A stretch of 63,974 bases of DNA, the filler included, from Craspedostauros australis (taxonomy: Eukaryota), in the NCBI GenBank assembly GCA_030167865.1. It is 11 parts of 11 records of this genome, joined end to end, with 100 filler letters (N's around TTAATTAATTAA, not from the genome) between each part and the next. Parts side by side here need not be neighbours in the genome. Positions count along the whole stretch, not along the records: positions 55,464 to 60,144 come from JALAGF010004247.1; positions 60,245 to 62,333 come from JALAGF010004250.1; positions 62,434 to 63,974 come from JALAGF010004301.1; 8 more parts are not named here. One strand, 5' to 3'. The position numbers were made by a program, and so were the translations under genes. Positions 55,823 to 63,974 of the stretch are shown here, one piece after another. Below the pieces are notes generated by a model that ran no database searches, was not told the DNA's origin, and saw only the letters and a program-made list of their open reading frames with translations. Numbering within the stretch: the stretch's first letter is position 1; the number at the start of each line of letters is the position of its first letter.

Positions 55823-56645
55823 TACACGGTGAGGCATTGAACCACACTGAGATCAGCAACATCACTTTCAGCCGCACCCGATCCCCTCGTACGACTATAC
55901 CATCCCCAACACAGCCAAACCCTGGGTGAACGCGCGCTCAGTACACACCAGCATCCAGACGCGAACAACACGCCTGTTCGCATTCCTGCCACAGTCTCAC
56001 TCATCCACTACTCTGGTGGCGGGCGACTCACAGCACTTCTCCAACCACACTGCCGGTCTTCGACGACGGCATAGCAACCTTCCCCTGTACCAAAACTGGT
56101 ACCAATACCAGTACGAGCCACCACGAGGCAGAGTAGGTCGTATTTGTCACCAGGGCTTCTGATATTTGCTTCACTGGAGAAGCACGCAGAAACGGATATC
56201 ACCGCTGGCCGTTCCGAAAATATCTTTCCCCAACTCGCAACACTCACCAACACACAAAAAAGATCCTCTTATGGCTTCAACAATCTTCCAAGCAAAGCGC
56301 CTAACGTTACTACGTGCACCCTCACCACGCCACGTCACGTCACGCCACACCACGCCACACCACGCCACACCACACGAGGGCATGCAAACCATACACATAG
56401 CGAGTACTCATTCTCAGTAGCAGAGTACCACAAAGCAACTCTGCGCGCATTCCAAAAGGCACAAGACTGAAGCAAGCTCAAACAAAGGCAACAGCATCAA
56501 TTTATCTCACAACACTCACAACACAAGATCAGAAGCAAGCCAAATCCAAAGCCCAGTCCGGTCCAGCTCAAACCACCACAGCATCGCAGCATAACAACAA
56601 ATCGATCAACACGCATTCATCCGATCATTCAAGACTCGCGCTCAC

Positions 56646-58450
56646 ATGTCAAGTCCGACAGCAACGAAAATGACGAAGAAAGGCACCGAAGAGGTTATCA
56701 CACTCCCCAGCAACTATGCACCGACCGAGTGGGATGTTATCTGCCAACGCGGTAAGGAGTGCTTCCAACACGGTAAGTACAGAATGATACATCGTGCGCA
56801 GGAGAGATGATCGAGACGGAGGTGATCCGTACTGTACCACGCGGCACCACACCATGGGATGCATCTGGTGTGACGATACATGGCTTCACCCAACACATCG
56901 CATCGCATCACATCACATCACCTCGACGCCCCGCGCTTTCGAATTTGTTTGTTGATGTGAAGAAACTGAGTCGCTTCGGCTGGGAGCAGCGATCACACTT
57001 CGTTCATTGTCTGGCGCACCATGAATAATCCTGACTGATATTCGCATTCTCGTTGGTTCACCGCGAACATTCGCACCCCTCCAAATGACCCCTGCGGCAT
57101 TATCGCCCTCGCGCTGCTCTTTGGCAATCTTCAGTCGGCAACCAAAGATTTCGCGAATGCGTTGATGAACATCTCGAGACGTACATCTCTGCACCAACGC
57201 GCCAAGACAAGACAGTCATCGTGGTCTCCATCTCTCACGCCATCCAAGAAAAAGCCGTGCTGGTCGGTGGCCGCGGCTTCGTCCGGTACGACCAATCAGC
57301 TGGCCGATGGCAGGCAGTGACCGACAAAATGGCGTGCGTGAAGGTTGGCCAAGCGCTTCGCGATGCCGTGAAGCTTGCCCGCAAGGAGCACAGAATGACC
57401 GACTTGTTCGAGACGGTCAAGAGGCAGCAACAGGAGCGGTTGCAGAATATGGACAGCAAGGAGCTGAAGCGACGACGACGCAGGCGCAAGTCATCTCAAG
57501 CAGCAAGCACCGCTGCATCGCCGGCAGCCACTGCACTCGCCCATTCATCCGACGATGACGAGGATGGAAAAGCGCCCAGCCCCAGTCCAACTAAGAAGCA
57601 ACGGAAGGATGCCGCGCAGTACGGGGATGTCGGTTCTGCAAGCACGCCCGCGTTGGACTCCTATGTTCCAAGCAAGTTCGGTGCCTTCGACCCGGCATCT
57701 CCGCCTACGCCCTACAACGTAGCAGATCTATCGTTCGCCCAGCAACAACACGACAACGCATCGATTGCCACCAATTCAGTGCAATCGCAGCCTTGTTTTG
57801 GGTACAATCCCGAGGAGTTTGAACCTGTCCCGCTTGATGGTGCATCGCCGTCACGCCAACAAGCGGGAGACCTTCAGGCTCCGGCGATTCAAAATGCCCT
57901 CCCAGCATCATTCCAGGTTCCTCAGATCCCCTCCGCGATGCCACATATGGTGGCAACTAACACGGTCGCTCGGACAGACGGTATCGAAGCAAATGACCTG
58001 GTCCTGGCAACCAAGATTCTCTTGAAGCAGCTGGCGGCCGAAGAAACGCAAAGCATCGCCGGCGTCCAAACAACATCAGTGGCAGCAACAGCGTGGAAAC
58101 AACAGCAATATCAGCAGCAAGATGCACCCACGTACTTGATGAAGCATGAAGCTGCACCGTCGCTCTCAGTTCCTCCCTTTCCCTCGTTCGAGTTGTATGC
58201 AAGAGAGCAGCCTCACCAACAGCATCATCAGCAGCAGCAACTGCAGCCTCAAGAACGAGAACAGGGACTGGGGCAAGATCAGCAGACGGCCGCGCCATTC
58301 ATCTTCAGCACACCAGGATCAAAGTTCACCAGCATCCAGGATGGCTTTGAGGGTGAGTTGTCCTCTGTCCTGTTTGAATTGATGCCCGAAGCATCTTTGC
58401 TCTTTTCATCGAGTGCGAATCCATTCGTGATGGAAGGGATTTCATTCTAA
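56646..58450 (+). CDS. DUF6824-domain protein; exons 56646-56772 and 57135-58450
   Basis: The spliced product reads PTEWDVICQRGKECFQH-VGNQRFRECVDEHLETY..APTRQDKTVIV...GFVRYD..GRWQAVTDKMACVKVGQALRD, the diatom-expanded DUF6824 pattern. GTAAGT..CAG phase-1 intron; disordered Gln-rich C-terminus. Confidence 0.85.
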
Positions 58451-60144
58451 TCCATCATGCCATGCCTTGCGGTCCAACGCAAGAGCAAGGTGTGCCCCTC
58501 GATGAGATCTCTGGATCAGGCCAGCCTGATTCTAGGCATCTCATCGTGGCGACGCCAGCTTGTCCAAGCGAGACATTCAGCAACAGTCTTGAGCCGACTA
58601 ACACACCCGGATGGGGGGGCACAACGTGCGCTGCATATCCATATTCTACATATTCACATGGACGAGAATGGCAGGTGAACATATTCGAACTGCAAAACCT
58701 GAGCAGGATTTCACAATCATTCAAGTTTAGAATATCACGTTACTTCAGTAATCCCCCCAACCGCGGTGCGTCCCCCCTTCCGGCTGTCTTCTAAATGTCC
58801 ATGGACTTGGCGGCGTTGGCAGGATTGACGATGGGATTATTGCTGTTGCTGTTGCTGTTGCCATTGCTGTGGATGAAGGTGACAGTTGTGATTGCGATTG
58901 TGGTTGCCGATGCATTTGCGAACATCCTGTCATGGCCAAGAGCCTTGAAGGCGGAATCTTCGCAAACGTCCATTGCTCTTCCCACTTATAAATCCACTCG
59001 CTCACACCACCCTTTCTCTCCAACCTCGAACATCGAATGATGACTTGCTTGCCTTGAATTGCACTACACTATATTCGACATACATCTTGGCTCTTTCTAC
59101 ATCGCGCTGCATGGCGACCTCAGTGCCAGCACCTGCATCCTTCGGCAGCACATCTCGCACTGTGACCAACATCTACGCGAACATTCCTCCAAACGATAGG
59201 AAGCCTCAAGCAAGGATTGATGATATCGGGAGGCCTCAGCATCTAGAAAGCAGTATGACAGGCGTCAGCAGAATTGGATCCATAGGTGATAACGATGCAT
59301 ATATGCAAGCGACTGACAGGCAGAGCATGGATGGACTTGCTCCAAGGACCAAAGCTGAGGACGGCACGGATGATAAGTGGGCCCAAGTATGACGAAGGGT
59401 TACCTGCACGAAATGCACGACCTGCTCTCCCTCGAATTCGATTGGCGGTCTTGATCCCGTACCCACACCATGGCAGAGCACGGCGTGAATCGATTTCACC
59501 ATTGGAACTGCAGGGAATAAGACTAGGAAACGAACGCCACTCTTTCATTTCTGATTGCCAGTGTCGCGCCGACCTGGTGCGTTGCGTTGGGAGACACGCG
59601 TGTTGGATAGAGCCATGGGTAGGCCTCGCCATGCTACAATGCCACAATGCTATGGCACAATACTATGTGTATGATTGCCCGTGCTTGTCTGGGGTGGTTT
59701 CTCTTCGCCCTCGTCTGTCCATACCTGGACGTGCTCGCATGAGTCGTTCAGACCCACAGGAAGAACGAAACTTCGTTCCCACATCATCGCGAGAAGCGAA
59801 ACATGAAAATACACAACCTTCGCCTTGTTCTCCGTTTGTCGGACAACATTTGTCTGCTACAAATTTGTTCGACACAATGGGAAGGCTAATCCAATAGACA
59901 CATAGCTTGTCTGCGTTGGGTGGTAGGGTTACTAGCACCTCCAAGCTTGTCTTGGATCATCCGGCTCGATCCCTCCTGGCCAAGTTCGTCTCTGGTCTCT
60001 GCCTCGGCTGTTTGCGTTGGTGTTGACTGATTCGATCATGGTTGGAGGGAGAGCGCTGGAATCCCCCCTGGCAGAGGGAGAGTATCTTCCTCTCGGTGCC
60101 CCCTGTTTTTTGTCACAGGTGGCGAAAAAGAGGGCTCCCCCCCC

Positions 60145-60244
60145 NNNNNNNNNNNNNNNNNNNNNNNNNNNNNNNNNNNNNNNNNNNNTTAATTAATTAA
60201 NNNNNNNNNNNNNNNNNNNNNNNNNNNNNNNNNNNNNNNNNNNN
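60145..60244. other. Artificial contig spacer
   Basis: 44 N + TTAATTAATTAA + 44 N. Confidence 0.97.
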
Positions 60245-61406
60245 TTCGTCTTCGTTTCTTGTGCTGACGCTTTTCTTAGCAGGTCGCCTGTGCTCTCTGC
60301 CACGAAGAATTGCAGCGGAGACATGGATTGCCTATGCAATTCACCTCTGGCATACTTCCTGTACGACACCCACAGCTGCGAGTCGTGCACGAACAGTCGG
60401 CTATCATCCATCTCAGCGTGGATCATCGGTGGCAGAGAGTTATGTGGTCCTTTCGGAATCTCCTCCGTGGGGAGTATCGACGTCGGTGTTTCGATGGTCG
60501 ACATTGCAAGAGGCTGGAAGTGCTCGTTCATGATGATGATGTCAGTTTCATGCCGATGCGTGCGCCAGGTTGGAATTCGGTTCGATTTGTTCAGATCATA
60601 GTTACATTGGTGATTGGTCTTGAAAACGACCGAAACAACATACCTCGCAGTCGGAAAACTGTCCGTGACGGATTGGTAGCTTGTTGTTTGCGTTGACGTT
60701 GGTAAATCTGCTGCCGATGTTGACAGCCGCGAAAGATCGATGATGGTTGGGTTGGTTCCATCCATCAGGGGCGCACGGGACCCCATGGACGCAAGATTCT
60801 TGCACAACTTTGTTGCCAGTGGTGGAGATGACGAAGACTCATTTGGAGTCGACGACACAGTCAATAGAATGGGCTTCTCGCCGTAGATGTACTGACACGA
60901 CATGAGGAAATCGTAAGGATAATCTGGAGATGTGATTCCGTACAATCGGTGCGTAGGGTGATCGGCGTAATCCCGAAAGCGGCATGATGGATCTGACTTG
61001 GGCATTTCCGTAGCTGAGGTTAATGCAGATTGCTGAAGTTTGTTCGCGTTGAGACCGATTGTCGGCGATTGGTCTGGCTGGGTTGCCGCCATGTTGAGAT
61101 TTGACGGTGCGGTAGATTGGTCAGGCTCGGGTGAATTGGTACTGGTGAATTGGCATTGGCATTGGCACCAGTATCGATGTTGATGGTGATATCGCCGTTG
61201 GTATTGATCGTTGGTGATGGATCGACATCAGGTTCGATGAGCCGTTGGGACGCACGCTGCATCATCGTGAAATTGCATATTAGAAAGCCCAACACAAACA
61301 CAGAGAGCACCATTCTGGTCTGAGAGATTGCATTTCTGCCATTGTTGCTATTGCTGGTATGGCCACGTCGTGCACGTGAAGTCCTTCCGGACTTCTTTTT
61401 TTCCAT
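60245..61406 (-). CDS. Type II membrane protein (possible beta-propeller glyco-enzyme), frameshifted at ~61140 and truncated by contig end
   Basis: N-terminal TM VLSVFVLGFLICNFTMM in ORF 61020-61406. Lumenal domain in overlapping ORF (to 61092) with DGTNPTII and MDDSRLFVHDSQLWVSY. Confidence 0.5.
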
Positions 61407-62333
61407 CTCTGCTGCTCAACCTTCTCGTTGTTGATGAGTGTAGCAGATGGATACGAGCTTCTCTGAGAGCCTCTCTGGGATTGCTGGCCTGCCTGTCTTC
61501 TTTCCTATTATATTATACAATAGTTGCCACCCGCAGCGTCCTCTGGCCTGGACAATGGCACAGACAGTGGCACAGACAATGATATTATACAGGCTGGTGC
61601 TCGTCAGATGCCTTTGGCGAACTCTCGCTGGGTACGATGATCGAGGTGGCGGTCGGGATGAGGAGAAGCTGAGGAAGCAACGCTCGAGGACTGTTGGAAC
61701 AGCGCAGTCTCTGTTGCATCATTTGCTCCGCAGAGGTAGGTCCGGATAGACGGAGGGATGGAGCGAGAGAGAGAGGACTGGGGCTGTGTCGCAACTGAAG
61801 TTGGGAGGTGTCAAAAACACTTGGTACTCCAATGAGGCGAGGGTGGCTGGAGTGTGTGGTTCGCTTCACGTGTGCGTTGGATGGAAACGCGCCCGAGACA
61901 CCAACACGCCTCCGAGAAGCGAAACAAGCATGCAGTCGAACGAGTCACTCAGCGTTTTTTGCTCGTCCAATCGGTACTTGTGCAATGTACTCACATAGGC
62001 CCTAAAATGGCGCCGCGTTACTGCAACCGCAACAACAACAACTTGCAACACATCACGATGCCTCACGATGCTTCGCCACCCCAGCCTCGCTCCGATCTCC
62101 TCCTTCTCCTCCCGCTGCTCATAACACGTGATATAGTACAGACACATACGCACACACACACAGATAGATAGACGACCGCGGCGGCATTACACATCCTCTG
62201 CGGACGCTCAAAGAAGGGCGCGAATGGTGTGATCCTCGTACGACTCTCTCTAGAGCGATCATGTTGAGATGAGAGGACACGGAAAGAAGACCAACGGCGA
62301 AGAAAGGAAGCAGACGATGGAGATGCTGGAGAC

Positions 62334-62433
62334 NNNNNNNNNNNNNNNNNNNNNNNNNNNNNNNNNNNNNNNNNNNNTTAATTAATTAANNNNNNNNNNN
62401 NNNNNNNNNNNNNNNNNNNNNNNNNNNNNNNNN
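62334..62433. other. Artificial contig spacer
   Basis: 44 N + TTAATTAATTAA + 44 N. Confidence 0.97.
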
Positions 62434-63974
62434 CACAGAAGGCCTTTGATTGCTTGTTATTGACGCAAAATTGAATGCGATCATAGGCATGTTTACTTTA
62501 CATAATGGCGTGGCGAGATTGCAAGGATGTCAGATTATATGCAAGCTGCAAGACACGGTGGTCGGAATGGTGCAATAGGTATTCAAAAGTCGCGCGCTCC
62601 AAGTGCCGCTCGTTGCGTTAGTTGACACCGTTCCCGATGGCCTGATGGCAGGTACAGGAGATGGCAGCAAGGGAGCAGGCGAATACAACACAGTTCTAAA
62701 CTCGCTGATGGTAGCTCGTGACGTGCCAGCATGTTGAGACTGCTACTTTACAAACAATGCAACGGCTTCCCTGTGGTTTCTGAACTCTGTGAGCCATAAT
62801 CGCTGCAAAGCAACAACAGTTGGTACACGCAAACAGAGTCAGACTTTCCTTTCGGTCGTCAACTGCATCCGAACGGGGAAGCCGATTAACATTGGGGAGG
62901 ATTTGTCACTTCTTGTGGCACATTCTGATTGCGTTCCTTCTGCAAGGAGTGCTTCTGGTGGCGTGTTTGCTCAGGGAGTCCATCGAATGGGGTGGAGCAC
63001 AACACGTGTTTGCAAACGGAATGGGCACCAGATCAATTATCCCACGTTTATTCTGTACGCCGCTCCTTGTTCTGGATTTGTCATTGCTTGAACAGACAGA
63101 CACAACCAATAGACACACAAACAGACTGCTATTGAATGCTGTCAACAAGACAGACAAAGACATGGTTGACTCATGCGAACAAATTAATACCACGACTGAG
63201 CTTGTTCTTGGGTTCATAGAGCCAATAATAACGGCTATTGATACTTGCTGGGAGGCAGGGGCTTAGATGTTGGTTGCGTCCACCTGTTGACCGGCCAATC
63301 GTCATGCCTAATTCAAGGAGACAAACGCCATCAACAACAGCACCATCGTCATCACGGCGATGGCAATCGCGGTGAACACCCACAGGACCACTTTGGTGGT
63401 GTTCTGATGTCAGGAGCAGCCTTTGTGTTCATCTTCGTTCTTTCCAACCGGTTTGTTGGCAACACAGGCACAAAGACACGCGCCCATCCAACGGGTCACC
63501 AAGGCAATTACATCACGGACAACAGCTCTGCGTGGAACGTGGAGCGGAAGAGTTGAGAAAGACACAGATCCTTCTTGAATGATCTTGGTGCACGTCACGT
63601 CACAAAGGTTGGGTCAGAGCAGAGTGGAGCAGCTGCAGAGTGGAGCAACTGCAGAGTGAAGGAGAAGCAATAAGAGCCCGATCAGTGAGTCGACCAACAC
63701 TTTGAAATAGACATTCTAACTTTTCATCTGCGATATCCAAACCAAGCACATATTCGTAATCCTTAGAGTCTCTTTATACATAATTAACCGTTACATTTTT
63801 TGTTAGATCCTTATTTTAAGTTTTATGGAGTAATCTATGTACGCAAAGCAGTCACGTGGGTCCAACAGCACAAAACCCGTTGTTGTTGGCAGAAGGTTCT
63901 ATGCTGTTCTCACGTATTTATCGTGAGGTGATCAGTCACGGATTGGCTTCCGAAGGTCTCAGTCGTTTGGTACG

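Noticed and set aside
13955..62433. Ten recurrences of TTAATTAATTAA as a biological repeat or CRISPR-like array
   Set aside because: Always centred in exactly 44+44 N; it is an artificial six-frame-stop contig linker.
62434..63974. Short ORFs and a 16-nt tandem repeat near 63620-63658
   Set aside because: Nothing recognisable; insufficient support for a feature.

Overview
Eukaryotic nuclear DNA, most likely from a diatom or other photosynthetic stramenopile. The evidence is GT-AG spliceosomal introns, an ASAF-type bipartite plastid presequence, DUF6824 and RxL motifs, and microsatellite-rich spacers. The window is not contiguous. It is 11 draft contigs joined by ten artificial 100-nt spacers (44 N + TTAATTAATTAA + 44 N), so gene neighbourhood across spacers means nothing. 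Three contig pairs are redundant haplotype or paralogue versions of each other (1/2, 4/5, 6/7), and contig 3 is terminally redundant with a 2233-bp period. Intact genes: PGS1, an ankyrin-repeat protein, a GT4 glycosyltransferase, an O-fucosyltransferase-like protein, a 4-exon SEC24, a PHO84/PHT1-like MFS transporter, a TLDc protein, a 3-exon plastid ABC1 kinase, a secreted RxL protein, a GGCT-like protein, a coiled-coil protein, a small SIM-containing protein and a DUF6824 protein. There are many decayed gene fragments and transposon traces (tyrosine-recombinase remnant, Helitron-like 3' end). The most intriguing observation is a DEP-domain/flavin disulfide reductase gene copy in which splicing creates a TGA codon (TG|A across an intron) exactly at the first Cys of the CxxxxC redox centre. 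This is a candidate selenocysteine, but the copy is otherwise degraded, so a simple nonsense mutation is not excluded. All family calls come from motif recognition by eye; no database search was run.
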